Shown piece after piece: positions 9,372-19,073 of a DNA stretch of 64,000 nt (position 1 is the stretch's first letter; each line of letters starts with the position of its first letter). Source of the stretch: an uncultured virus (IMG/VR IMGVR_UViG_3300030108_000125) (lineage: Duplodnaviria > Heunggongvirae > Uroviricota > Caudoviricetes); IMG/VR virus record IMGVR_UViG_3300030108_000125, positions 1 to 64,000 of that record. One strand, written 5' to 3'. The notes below the pieces were generated by a model, which had not been told where the DNA came from, ran no database searches, and saw only the letters and a program-made list of their open reading frames with translations. Both the position numbers and the translations under genes were made by a program.

Positions 9372-10280
9372 TTAGGCTCCGGGCGAACCGAAGATGCCGA
9401 GCGGATCAGAAACACCGAAGCTATAGCGCTCACGTGCTTTGTAACGGCTGTTGCCAGTATCAAAATCAGCGTCCATAGATGTAGCCATCGGGCTACGTGT
9501 AAAGTGTTTTAGACCGTTTGGAACGTCTGTCATAATGAAGAACGCATCAGTATCTGTTAGATAATGGTTGATAGCGTATCCTTCAGGTATGGAGCCGTTG
9601 TTACGAATAGCGTTCAGATCGTTATCCGCAGTTCCTACGCGTCCCTCTGTTTCCAACAGACGTGTTGCAACGAATTGCAAGTTTGGTGGAATGATAAGTT
9701 TACGAGGACGTGCGGCGATCAATAGACCACGTTCATCCGTCCAACCAGCAATCTGAATAACAGCCGCCTCAAGAGAGGTTTCGTTAAGATCAGCAGCTAC
9801 GGCTGGTTCGTTTGAGTTAGTCCCGCCGTTGACCAATGGGTGATCAGTTGCACAAAGCTCCTTACCGTCACCATAAGTCACACTTGAGTCAAAGGCACTG
9901 TTAAGAATAGCAGCGGCTTTAACCTGTTTTGTGTACGCCATAGCACGAGCGAGTGCCTTGGTATAACGAGCAGACAGTGAGTCATACAAGTTATCCTCAA
10001 TAGCTTCCTCAGTAATAGAGAAACCCATTGCCACTGTTTCGTGTGTATAGCGTGCGGTGAATGCTTCCTGTGCATTGTCATATTCGATGGCAGAGCCTTC
10101 GTCTTTGACAGGTGCTGCAGAAAAACCACTCAATTTTGTTTCTTCTTCAAAGGAACGATCCGATGTTTCAGATTCAAAAATTTCGGCGTGTTCTTCACCG
10201 TATTTTGCGTACTCCAATCCGAACAGAGCGTTCAGGCCGGGAAGGAGTTCTTTTAGTAACTGGGCGCGTGAAATAGCCAT
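9372..10280 (-). CDS. Major capsid protein (Mu gpT-like, HK97 fold)
   Basis: MAISRAQLLKELLPGLNALFGLEY..., KLIIPP, RERYSFG motifs; AGGAG RBS; followed by a terminator. Confidence 0.85.
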   Translation of the reverse strand: MAISRAQLLKELLPGLNALFGLEYAKYGEEHAEIFESETSDRSFEEETKLSGFSAAPVKDEGSAIEYDNAQEAFTARYTHETVAMGFSITEEAIEDNLYDSLSARYTKALARAMAYTKQVKAAAILNSAFDSSVTYGDGKELCATDHPLVNGGTNSNEPAVAADLNETSLEAAVIQIAGWTDERGLLIAARPRKLIIPPNLQFVATRLLETEGRVGTADNDLNAIRNNGSIPEGYAINHYLTDTDAFFIMTDVPNGLKHFTRSPMATSMDADFDTGNSRYKARERYSFGVSDPLGIFGSPGA

Positions 10281-10293
10281 AGTTTATAACTCC

Positions 10294-10887
10294 TTATACA
10301 CCAGTAGTGTTGTCGAACGCATGTCCTGCATTCCACTTCACATAAGCTTCGGTAAAGCCACCAGAACTGTTTTTGGTTTCTTGGACCAAATCAACAATGC
10401 GGAACGGCAACGTTGCGGTAGTCGCAGAAGAATCTGAGATACCACAACGGGAGTTACCCGATACAGAATCACCAGTATTATCTACACCAGCAACGTTTGC
10501 TCCGATGTCAGTTATTGCCAAGTCACCAACAGTGGTGCCAGATGAAAGCACAACAGCTTTAAACAGTACGTCTGTTGCGTCACACACATATGCTTCAATG
10601 TCAGAAGCCACGGTGCTTGCAGGATAAGACTGCCTAAATGTTTTTTGCGATGTGCCGGGATCGGTGTAAGATACACCCATAAAGACACCTATCGGTGTCA
10701 TGGCAGCGTCAAACGTATCACGTTCAACAGTGCCTCCGGTAACCAGCTTCACAGCGTCCCCATAGAATATGGCAGTACCATAGTTACTAGCGATTTTGTA
10801 GTGACGTACAGTACCCACGTAAGGAACACCGCTCAACAATTTTACCGGAACAAGCCCATAAGGGCTACTTACTGTAGGATATGCCAT
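10294..10887 (-). CDS. Capsid decoration/minor head protein
   Basis: PYGLVPV..IFYGDAV pattern; immediately upstream of the MCP. Confidence 0.6.
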   Translation of the reverse strand: MAYPTVSSPYGLVPVKLLSGVPYVGTVRHYKIASNYGTAIFYGDAVKLVTGGTVERDTFDAAMTPIGVFMGVSYTDPGTSQKTFRQSYPASTVASDIEAYVCDATDVLFKAVVLSSGTTVGDLAITDIGANVAGVDNTGDSVSGNSRCGISDSSATTATLPFRIVDLVQETKNSSGGFTEAYVKWNAGHAFDNTTGV

Positions 10888-10902
10888 TCTAAGCTCCTAA
10901 GA

Positions 10903-11352
10903 TTAAGTTCCTTTTCCGAATGTCACACGAGACTTTCTCTCGTTAAACAACGGCATGCGAGGGTCGTTCTCGCGCATCAGGTTGTTATCGACAGATTGCA
11001 TCTGACTATCTGTTTGTTGTGTAAAATACTCAGTGCGTTCTTCCACCATTTCTTTTGGAGCCTTACATAACATCAAACCACCAATAACTACGTTATCTCT
11101 AAAACGCTCTTGTTCTACAGTAACCATAGTAATTTCTGGGTGATCTTTTGCTTTGCAGGGTTCCCAACCTTCGCGCAACTTTGATGAGACATTCGTAGCA
11201 TCTGTCTGACCTTGATTGCTAACACGGACCCAACGATACGCATACCCATCTTGGGGAGTAGGAGACGGTAAAGTCTCTGGACGCATCCAAGCTTTCTTAC
11301 GTACTTTCTTTTCGCGGGTCTGTAGCTCACGATCAATTCTATTCTCAGCCAT
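10903..11352 (-). CDS. Head-module hypothetical protein
   Basis: YRWVR..LREGWEP..GGLMLCK; between scaffold and capsid. Confidence 0.7.
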   Translation of the reverse strand: MAENRIDRELQTREKKVRKKAWMRPETLPSPTPQDGYAYRWVRVSNQGQTDATNVSSKLREGWEPCKAKDHPEITMVTVEQERFRDNVVIGGLMLCKAPKEMVEERTEYFTQQTDSQMQSVDNNLMRENDPRMPLFNERKSRVTFGKGT

Positions 11353-12373
11353 CTGCTTTCCTCATGTCTATTGCAACCTGTTTGGCGTATTGTTGAGGGG
11401 TTAACCCCAACCTTTTAGCGATTTGCACTTGGGTCTTGGTAAGTGTCACCTTCTTAGGTGCTGTGCTCCGCGTTGCGGGTGCGACCACATTTGCCTTACG
11501 CTTAGGCTCTTCAGCCTCGGGTTCTGCAGCCTCCTCAAAATTATCTGGGAAGACCTGACGCATACGAGTGTTTATAGTCTCGTAGTATTCATCGCTCTGC
11601 GGGCTTACGCCCTGTTTGACAAGCTTATTATGCAACCCCAACGCTAAACTTGTCATCTCATCGTCAACCCCGAACCACGTATTAGCTTTTTGCCAATCTG
11701 CGGCTCTTTGATCGACCTGTCCTGTTGGAGCGGGTTCTGTATCCGTCTGTACAGGTGTTTCGGTCTCCTGTAAAGACGGCAATTTAAAGTTTGCTAGTTT
11801 ATCAGCCTTTAACTTGGCAGATGTTAGCTTGTCTTGTGCTTCTAATACTGCCTCGGAATCACCAGACTCATATGCTTCTTTATAAGCACGTTTGGCTGCA
11901 TCTGTTTCTATAGTGGCATTTTTCTTAGCCTGTTCTAGCAACGCGGCTTGGTTCTTGTTAACATTACCTTTTAGTCTTTTGTTTTCTTCCATAAGCTGTT
12001 GAGTAACACGTTCAAGTTCTTGACTCTGCCGAACAGCCTCTTCTTTGGCGCGGCGTTCGTCGTGGTAGCCTTTACTGAAATGTTTGATCCGCTTTGCGAC
12101 TTTTTCGGAATAGTCTTCAAGCTCTTCCTCTGTAACATCCTCAGGAGGTTCAGACGGTTTACGATTGCGGTCAGCCTTTGGCGTGTCGTCAACGACCTCA
12201 ACTGCCACCTCGCTGTCATCAGTATCCACCTCGACTTCAGGCTCTGGTCTAGCCTTAGTTTCAACTTTGGTATCCTCACCACTTATATCCACCTCAATAG
12301 CACTAGAAGATTCAACATCTATCTTATCTTCTGTTTCATGTGGAAACTCAAACTCTACTTTTTGAAATGCCAT
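11345..12373 (-). CDS. Putative scaffolding protein
   Basis: Acidic N-terminus, coiled coil, basic C-terminal IAKRLGLT; between portal and MCP. Confidence 0.65.
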   Translation of the reverse strand: MAFQKVEFEFPHETEDKIDVESSSAIEVDISGEDTKVETKARPEPEVEVDTDDSEVAVEVVDDTPKADRNRKPSEPPEDVTEEELEDYSEKVAKRIKHFSKGYHDERRAKEEAVRQSQELERVTQQLMEENKRLKGNVNKNQAALLEQAKKNATIETDAAKRAYKEAYESGDSEAVLEAQDKLTSAKLKADKLANFKLPSLQETETPVQTDTEPAPTGQVDQRAADWQKANTWFGVDDEMTSLALGLHNKLVKQGVSPQSDEYYETINTRMRQVFPDNFEEAAEPEAEEPKRKANVVAPATRSTAPKKVTLTKTQVQIAKRLGLTPQQYAKQVAIDMRKADG

Positions 12374-12375
12374 GC

Positions 12376-12756
12376 CTATACCCTCGTAACGCCACGAGGA
12401 TCAGCCACAACTGCCTCAATCGAATCATCATTCATCAGACGATATTCTAAACCTCCAACAGAAAACCGTGTGCCTGAGTTCATACGAAACAATACGTAAT
12501 CACCTTCTTTACACCACGGTCCATGCGGGAATCTATCTTTATCTCCGTAAGCTTCTGCGCCCATATCAACCACAAGGCCTATAATAGACATAATATGGTC
12601 CATTTGTTTTTCTTTTTCAGTTTTTAAAACGCTTGTCCCTTCGTAATTTTCTTCGGGTTGAGGTAGCGCTATGAGCAATCTATAGCCCACAGGTTTAGGT
12701 AGCTGCAGATCAAAGTCTGCATCATTTAGAGGTACTACTGTTTCAGCCATCGTCAT
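12376..12756 (-). CDS. groES: GroES-like co-chaperonin
   Basis: PVGYRLLI...GLVVDMG...KEGDYVLF...YRLMNDDSIEAVV Cpn10 pattern (start possibly 12750). Confidence 0.8.
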   Translation of the reverse strand: MTMAETVVPLNDADFDLQLPKPVGYRLLIALPQPEENYEGTSVLKTEKEKQMDHIMSIIGLVVDMGAEAYGDKDRFPHGPWCKEGDYVLFRMNSGTRFSVGGLEYRLMNDDSIEAVVADPRGVTRV

Positions 12757-12940
12757 CTTCCATATAACTGCGCGAGAGGTCTTCTATGTATCCTACGCTG
12801 GCTTCGAGACCCCGAATTAAGCCAACGACTTCCTTGTATTGGGCGTAGTCTTTTGCCCCACCTGTACCAAGAAATTCTAATGCAGAAGATTTATCACCTT
12901 CGATCTTTTCTTTAAGCACGTCAAAGACGGTTTTTGCCAT
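12743..12940 (-). CDS. Hypothetical protein
   Basis: 65-aa helical ORF coupled to portal and groES. Confidence 0.7.
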   Translation of the reverse strand: MAKTVFDVLKEKIEGDKSSALEFLGTGGAKDYAQYKEVVGLIRGLEASVGYIEDLSRSYMEDDDG

Positions 12941-12946
12941 ATATTA

Positions 12947-15418
12947 CTAGTTTCCTTTCTTAGGCGTAGGCATAGACTGCAGCATCTTTGCTGCCTCTAA
13001 TCTTGCCTTGTTGCGTTCTACACGCCCGGACTGCTGTAGTTTTACACCTTTTTCTTCGGCTTCTATAGCAACCTCGGCCTGCTCTATTTTAATACGCTCC
13101 GCATCCATCATAGCAGATGTAGCATCCTTAGCTTTTTGCAGGTTAAGCCGTTCTCTTTGCAGAGCACTATCTGCTTGATCTTTAGCTGCTTTACGCTGCT
13201 GCTCTTGCTGTTTGACCTGCAGTTCTGCCTGCTTCATCTGGATTATCGGGTCTTGTGCTTTCTGCTGTGCGGCTCTCTGTGCTGCTTGCTGCTTGTTTGC
13301 TTGAGTCAACTGTTTGCCTGCATCTGCAACCAAACGTGACAGTTGTACTTCTATCTCTTCCGGTAGCTCTTCGTTCGGTGCAGGCAGCGGTGCGCCAAGC
13401 TTCTCTTCTATCTTCTTGCGATATGAGAACCCTAAGTGCTCCGCTATGTGCGCCTGTAGAGACGCCATAATCTGTTTTGCCTGCGGGTTCTGCCCTATTA
13501 GCTGCGCCACCATCGGGTCTTGCATAAACGACATATGTGTACCGATATGTGCATCGTGATCCTGATAGATAAATGCCTTTACAGGCTTGCCCACAAGGGC
13601 ATCCATATTCTCGCTGATAGGGTCTGTAGGTTTCGCGTCATCCTTAGTCGGCACCAATTTATCAGCGTTCTTAACACCTAACACCTCTATCATCTGCCTG
13701 TGTAACTGCGGCAGGTCATATATCTGCGGAGCTTGCTGTGCCATCTGTAACACAGCCTGATACTGCACTACACGTTGTGCCATCGTAGAACTGTTGGGGT
13801 CGCTTACAGGTATTACGTCAACCATACCGTAGTCAGCTTGTCGGGCTGAGACCTCGCCTCGTTGTGGCTGATACGCGTAGTCCTTGGGAGCATACTCAGT
13901 CATTATAGCTTTGAGCAGTTTAAACTCCTGTTTCATAGCGTAATGCACCCTAGCCTGAACAGCAGCCATAGGTTTCAAGGTGCGCTCTAAAAGCGCTAGA
14001 GTGGTTCCAACGGGGGCGTTAGCTGACATATCCGATATGTTTATGTCACTGATAGCGCCTAGCCTACGTCCTTCCTGTGTTATCTGGTTCAGTAGGGCGA
14101 GAAGGGTCTGGCTAGGTTCTTTGTATGGGAGAGGCATGATGTTGTCACGAATGCTACCTGATGGCACATCCACATCTTTAAACTCTCCCGGCTCTATGGG
14201 TATATCGTCTCCCTTGATACGCAACCCACGAGACTTTAAGCCACCGGGCAGATTAGCTAGTGTACCAGCATCGACAAGCTGACGTATCAAGGAAGTCCCT
14301 GTCTTGGCGTAACCGCCAATAATATGTATCAGACCAAGGCCATAAAAACCAAAGCCGGGTACATACGCATAATGCACGAAGTGTTGTCTTTTCAGAGTGA
14401 GGGGATCACCCTCTTCGTAGTTTCTACGGATTGACAGGATAGAACCTGTGCCTCGTTCTATAGTGACCACATACGGACGAGCTATCTCGTCATCGTCATC
14501 CACACCATCTATAACAAGATCAGCGTGTATCTCGTATAGCGAATATCTGTCATCATCCGTCAGAGAGTACCCAGCGTCCTCTGCTTTCTTCTCTTCTATA
14601 TCAGAGTGGTACGGTTTTGGTTCACCTATGTCCAATTCTCTATAGAATCCAGAGGCTTGCAACTTCTTCAACTCATTCTTAGTCTTACGCATGACATGCG
14701 TCACACGCTCTGCAAACTCTATAGTAGACGCGCCATATGGCACGATAACATCTTCAGCAGATATATACAGCGCCATCTGCCGTCCTATATTGGGATCGTA
14801 GTACACTTTTTTAAACGCAGACCCAGCAAGGCCAAGGCTGTACAACATGCGCTCATGCTCTGGACGATACTCTACCATATTCTCGGTGAGTTCGTAATTC
14901 ATATCGGCTTTTACACGCTGGGCAGCTTCAAGCTTCTCTTTTGTTTCTTCGCCAAGAACTTTTACTTTGACCGGACCTGCAGCAGGGAATGTCTCAGACA
15001 TAGTTTCGGCTTGAAATCTGATAGCCGCTTCAGCAAGCACTGTAGAATATACTCCACAAGCTCCTTCCCACGGTGCTGTACGCTCTTCATATCTAAATCC
15101 TAATACATCCAGCCCATCCACATATGTTTCTGTCCACTCTTTGCGGCTGTCTATGTCAGCCTCTACAAGCTCCATTAACGTGCTTGATAATACATTAACG
15201 GTTGTATCATCTAAAAGTTCAGCCAGATTTGCGTTAAAATCAGACAAATCTATCTCAGTACCGGGAATTATGGTTACTTCCATACTCCCATCGGATAGGG
15301 TAACAGCCTCTGGGTCTACAATCTCTATCTCAAGATCAGGCACCTCCATTTCTTCCATGTCGGTTATGCCCTCATCAATCCCAAGCGGAGCAGAATATAG
15401 TCCTTTTTCAATAGCCAT
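12947..15418 (-). CDS. Portal protein (P22-like, long C-terminal coiled coil)
   Basis: 823 aa after terminase; GSAFKKVYYD, GFYGLGL motifs; Q/A/K-rich C-terminal helix. Confidence 0.8.
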   Translation of the reverse strand: MAIEKGLYSAPLGIDEGITDMEEMEVPDLEIEIVDPEAVTLSDGSMEVTIIPGTEIDLSDFNANLAELLDDTTVNVLSSTLMELVEADIDSRKEWTETYVDGLDVLGFRYEERTAPWEGACGVYSTVLAEAAIRFQAETMSETFPAAGPVKVKVLGEETKEKLEAAQRVKADMNYELTENMVEYRPEHERMLYSLGLAGSAFKKVYYDPNIGRQMALYISAEDVIVPYGASTIEFAERVTHVMRKTKNELKKLQASGFYRELDIGEPKPYHSDIEEKKAEDAGYSLTDDDRYSLYEIHADLVIDGVDDDDEIARPYVVTIERGTGSILSIRRNYEEGDPLTLKRQHFVHYAYVPGFGFYGLGLIHIIGGYAKTGTSLIRQLVDAGTLANLPGGLKSRGLRIKGDDIPIEPGEFKDVDVPSGSIRDNIMPLPYKEPSQTLLALLNQITQEGRRLGAISDINISDMSANAPVGTTLALLERTLKPMAAVQARVHYAMKQEFKLLKAIMTEYAPKDYAYQPQRGEVSARQADYGMVDVIPVSDPNSSTMAQRVVQYQAVLQMAQQAPQIYDLPQLHRQMIEVLGVKNADKLVPTKDDAKPTDPISENMDALVGKPVKAFIYQDHDAHIGTHMSFMQDPMVAQLIGQNPQAKQIMASLQAHIAEHLGFSYRKKIEEKLGAPLPAPNEELPEEIEVQLSRLVADAGKQLTQANKQQAAQRAAQQKAQDPIIQMKQAELQVKQQEQQRKAAKDQADSALQRERLNLQKAKDATSAMMDAERIKIEQAEVAIEAEEKGVKLQQSGRVERNKARLEAAKMLQSMPTPKKGN

Positions 15419-15431
15419 AGTTATCTCCGTA

Positions 15432-15725
15432 TCAAGATTTCTTCGTACCGCGCTGTCGCTTCAGGCTTTCTTTAGCCTTCTTTGCTATCCGTGCCTGTTC
15501 AGTTTTACCAGCCACCTTACTTCTTTGCTCCATAACGGTTAATATCTGTATCTTTCTAGCGTATGGTTTGTTTATCTTCTTTACCTTTGCCGCTGTAGCC
15601 CGTGCATCAGCAGGTGTAGCATATTTAATACTAACAGTATCCTTCGGGTTCTCGTCTGTATATAATCTACGACCAGAGCCTTTAGGCTTCTTACCTGTTC
15701 CTTTCTTAGGGTCTTTAGCAGCCAT
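15432..15725 (-). CDS. Small basic protein (MAAKDPKKGTGKKPKGSGRRLYTDENP)
   Basis: Start at 15725 overlaps the terL stop (TGATG). Confidence 0.7.
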   Translation of the reverse strand: MAAKDPKKGTGKKPKGSGRRLYTDENPKDTVSIKYATPADARATAAKVKKINKPYARKIQILTVMEQRSKVAGKTEQARIAKKAKESLKRQRGTKKS

Positions 15726-17275
15726 CAATAATACCCACCACTGCGCCGTCTCCAAGCTACAGGTTCATCCACCTCATCTGTAGGTAAACGTATAAACCCG
15801 CCCTGTCTAAACCGCATCAATGCCATAACTGTAGAGTCAACGAGGTCATCATGGCTCATAAACGGAAATCCTGCAATCTCTTCTATAACCTCTTCTGCCC
15901 AACGTGTCTGTGGCACCCATACCATGCCAGAGGCTATGATGTCAGCCACAGAATTTAATCTAGCCATCTTATCGCCTGATCCTCTATGCGGGGTGTATTC
16001 CTGTACAAGCAATCCTGTTCTGCGCATCTCCTGATAGAGGGCCGATCCTGAAGATTTTTTCTCCACGATAAACGCGTCAGGCTCCCATTCAGCGTATTCT
16101 TCCATAGCCAACTGCTTCAGTTCAGGGAACTCCAGACGCTGTTTGATACTATTAAGTAAAATTATGTGATGAGAGCTTTCTTCTTCGTTCAGAAACACGC
16201 CCCACGTGGTCAAGGCCGTATAGTCTGCACGGTTATGCTTTTCTGCGGCTGCATCCAAAGACATAATTATATATTCGCATGGAGGTGGCTGTTCACCCGT
16301 CCACTCCTGCCACCATTCGCGTTTTACTATGGCTGCTTCTTCCGCTGTGGGCTGCTGTTGGTACTGAGCATTCCACTGAAACGTAGGCATAGACGATTTT
16401 GTACGTTCTAATGCCTGCATATCAAAAAATTCAGGCCAAAGCGGCTTCTGGACCACTTCATCACTGTCTTTTTTCTTAATATCCAGTATTGCAGGGAACT
16501 CTACGACTTTATACTGGTCAGCCATGTCATTATTTGTCATGTCACGCGTTACACGGCCTGTAAGATCGTCCATATGCCAGCGTGTCTGTATTATCGCCAC
16601 ACTACCGTTTGGCATAAGGCGAGTACGTGCGCCAAAAGTAAACCATTCATATGCTTTTGCAAAAACCTCGAAATTTCCGTTAATTACGTCCTGTTCTGAA
16701 TGTGGATCATCCACAAGAAGCAGGTCAGCACCGCGCCCAGCAATGGCAGAACCGATGCCGCAGGCATAATACTCACCCCCTACATTCGTATTCCACCGCC
16801 CTGCAGACTTACTGTCCTGTGCTAGCGCCACAGTGGGGAATATGGCACGGTATTCGTCCGTAGATATCAGGTTTCTGACCTTTCTACCGAAGTCTACCGC
16901 TAAATCTGTGGTGTGCGAGACCATCATAACCTTCTTGTTAGGGTTACGACCAAGGAACCACGCTGGGAAATAGATAGAAACAAGCTGCGACTTACCATGA
17001 CGGGGTGGTATGTTCACACATATGCGGTCTTTGTTGCCCTGTTCGATGTCCATCAGCAGGCTTGCCAGCACTTTATGGTGTTTTCCCACAATATAATCAG
17101 GCTGCATACGCTTACAAAACTCTATAAGGTCGTTATATGCTGCTTTGTTTGCCTTCCGCGCCTGTAACTCGTCAACCATACGGTCAATTTCCAGTATTTC
17201 TTCGTCAGAGAACGCGTCTAGGTTGTCAAGAAAGTGGCCTACGTCTAATTCGTCAAAAGTTGTGGCCTTATTCAT
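15725..17275 (-). CDS. terL: Terminase large subunit
   Basis: Walker A PPRHGKS, Walker B LLLVDDP, IIQTRWH, nuclease SLD..DYT..HDDLVDS. Confidence 0.93.
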   Translation of the reverse strand: MNKATTFDELDVGHFLDNLDAFSDEEILEIDRMVDELQARKANKAAYNDLIEFCKRMQPDYIVGKHHKVLASLLMDIEQGNKDRICVNIPPRHGKSQLVSIYFPAWFLGRNPNKKVMMVSHTTDLAVDFGRKVRNLISTDEYRAIFPTVALAQDSKSAGRWNTNVGGEYYACGIGSAIAGRGADLLLVDDPHSEQDVINGNFEVFAKAYEWFTFGARTRLMPNGSVAIIQTRWHMDDLTGRVTRDMTNNDMADQYKVVEFPAILDIKKKDSDEVVQKPLWPEFFDMQALERTKSSMPTFQWNAQYQQQPTAEEAAIVKREWWQEWTGEQPPPCEYIIMSLDAAAEKHNRADYTALTTWGVFLNEEESSHHIILLNSIKQRLEFPELKQLAMEEYAEWEPDAFIVEKKSSGSALYQEMRRTGLLVQEYTPHRGSGDKMARLNSVADIIASGMVWVPQTRWAEEVIEEIAGFPFMSHDDLVDSTVMALMRFRQGGFIRLPTDEVDEPVAWRRRSGGYY

Positions 17276-17852
17276 TGTCAAAATCACTTAATATAGCATC
17301 AGCATCTAAAGAAGTTACTACATTTTCTATTTCTGGCTCCGGATTTACCAGTTTTGCCAGCTTTGCGCGTAGTTTATCCTTAATATCATCTGTAGTCTGA
17401 TGGGTAATTGTCACTTCAGACTTCTCGGTAAACAAACCTACGTCTGATATCTTACCCAAAAGCTCCAAAGCACGTAGACGATGCTTGGCATCGGGGTTTT
17501 CAGATTCAATTATCAATTTGTTTGTAACTAAATGACGAAGCTGTACAGAAGATTCCACAACAGAGTGATTAAATTCTTTAATTATAGAGTTTGCCAGCTT
17601 GATGGACGGGGGAGTAAGTGTAGCAGCGCGTTTGTGTGTGACCTGTTTTGAGGTTTTGTCGGGGTCTTGTGCATAAGCTGTTAGGAGAGTAGCGGCTACT
17701 TCTTCATCTAATGCGTCAGGTGTAGCATCTACCCCATGTTCTTCTAACTTGTTAACGGTATTGTCTAATGCCTCAACACGTTCAGGGAGTGTGATGTCTT
17801 TTACACCATCTGTCAAAGGTACACCAAGTTCGGGTTCTATGTTCATCACCAT
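17268..17852 (-). CDS. Putative terminase small subunit
   Basis: Directly upstream of terL; helical RLRALELLGK motif; true start probably MVMNIE at 17852 rather than 18017. Confidence 0.6.
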   Translation of the reverse strand: MVMNIEPELGVPLTDGVKDITLPERVEALDNTVNKLEEHGVDATPDALDEEVAATLLTAYAQDPDKTSKQVTHKRAATLTPPSIKLANSIIKEFNHSVVESSVQLRHLVTNKLIIESENPDAKHRLRALELLGKISDVGLFTEKSEVTITHQTTDDIKDKLRAKLAKLVNPEPEIENVVTSLDADAILSDFDNE

Positions 17853-17886
17853 AATGTGTTCGCAGGTACTAACCGTATAACACGTG

Positions 17887-17914
17887 AGGATATAGCATAA
17901 AAAATTTTTTGCAA
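17887..17914 (-). promoter_or_regulatory. Possible late-arm sigma70-like promoter
   Basis: TTGCAA-N16-TATCCT upstream of terS. Confidence 0.35.
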
Positions 17915-18059
17915 GGGGAGGTTGGGACTCCCATGGGGGGTGCTTCCTGAAACTGGAAAAATACAAAAGATTTGAGTAAATTAGTATAGTATAGAGTAGC
18001 GCGGAGTCACAGTACACACAGCGGGGGGTGGGGGTGGGGTACCTCTAACGAATTAACGA

Positions 18060-18077
18060 ATCGGGCATCTGCCCGAA
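18060..18077. repeat. Palindromic element copy 1 (ATCGGGCATCTGCCCGAA)
   Basis: Exact TCGGGCA-NN-TGCCCGA. Confidence 0.95.
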
Positions 18078-18123
18078 TAGTAATTGTAAATCTTATTATA
18101 AACTAGGCTAATCTCGCAAGCTA

Positions 18124-18152
18124 TTGTCTAACGTGTTATGTGCTGCTATAAG
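18124..18152 (+). promoter_or_regulatory. Early sigma70-like promoter
   Basis: TTGTCT-N17-TATAAG with extended TGn. Confidence 0.65.
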
Positions 18153-18212
18153 TTGGTTATCGGAACAAGGAAACATGGGGTTTCCAGCCGTATAACTTGA
18201 AAGGTTATTCAA

Positions 18213-18809
18213 ATGACTACTAAAATTGACATCAAAGCAATCCGCAAAGTTGGCGCTGATTTAATCAAGGTTCATGGTCTTGGCGGCGAATTTAAATCAG
18301 ATGATCTAGGCACTTTAGCAAGTGCGCATTCTGGCGAAATGACATCTAGTCAAGCATACGAATACCGCATTACTGAATTGAACGATAAGCCAGAGAATTG
18401 GTTTACACCTAGTCAGGAAGGTAGCACCAATGACAAAGTGTCATGGAGTATCAAGCGCAAAATGGCAATGGTAATATGCCTAACACCTAATGAGGTGGGC
18501 CGCATGGTGGAGACTGAGGGCACCACCAATGAATTGGATAAATTATTCCGCAAGCAAATATCTGATAAGATTAGCGATAAACTAAAAAATATCAGACGCG
18601 GTATGATTAACGCAGACCGCCGTCTCAATCCTGATAAGTACCAGCGCAATATCGTGAAGCGTGACGCACAGGATCGTAGTTTAGATAAACTTGCCGACAT
18701 CCTCAAAATACTTAATGAGGTCAACGAAGGCGATGATAGCATTTACGATATTCCAGAATGCATCATTGCAGCTAAAAACTTAGAAAAGCAGCTTAAGCGT
18801 AAATCTTAA
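18213..18809 (+). CDS. Early hypothetical protein (monocistronic)
   Basis: 198 aa with its own promoter, GAAAGG RBS and terminator. Confidence 0.8.
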   Translation: MTTKIDIKAIRKVGADLIKVHGLGGEFKSDDLGTLASAHSGEMTSSQAYEYRITELNDKPENWFTPSQEGSTNDKVSWSIKRKMAMVICLTPNEVGRMVETEGTTNELDKLFRKQISDKISDKLKNIRRGMINADRRLNPDKYQRNIVKRDAQDRSLDKLADILKILNEVNEGDDSIYDIPECIIAAKNLEKQLKRKS

Positions 18810-18819
18810 CTTGTTACAC

Positions 18820-18852
18820 TGGCCAGCCCTTCACGGGGTTGGCCATTTTTTT
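18820..18852 (+). terminator. Rho-independent terminator
   Basis: TGGCCAGCCC-TTCACG-GGGTTGGCCA + T7. Confidence 0.85.
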
Positions 18853-18877
18853 ATGTCTAGTGAAATGCCAACTAGGC

Positions 18878-18895
18878 ATCGGGCATATGCCCGAT
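18878..18895. repeat. Palindromic element copy 2
   Basis: ATCGGGCATATGCCCGAT. Confidence 0.95.
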
Positions 18896-18914
18896 TGCAC
18901 TTTTACCACACCAC

Positions 18915-19050
18915 TTTGATACCAGTACCCGAATAGCGCCGAGCCTCTGGAATGCAGTGTAAGAAATTATATGCTACGTGGTACAACTTTGTAATCGGGC
19001 AGATGCCCGAATGATATTTGATACCAGTACCCGAATAGCGCCGAGCCTCT
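18915..19050. repeat. Perfect 34-bp direct repeat x2 (18915-18948, 19017-19050)
   Basis: TTTGATACCAGTACCCGAATAGCGCCGAGCCTCT twice, 102-bp period. Confidence 0.95.
18994..19011. repeat. Palindromic element copy 3
   Basis: ATCGGGCAGATGCCCGAA. Confidence 0.95.
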
Positions 19051-19073
19051 TCGCGTGGTTTAAGCAAAGCGTA

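Noticed and set aside
17853..18017. 55-aa N-terminal extension of terS
   Set aside because: Spans promoter-like and G-tract DNA with non-protein-like composition
18915..19050. 34-bp direct repeats as a mini-CRISPR array
   Set aside because: Only two repeats, a 68-bp spacer that contains the genome's own palindrome, and no cas operon
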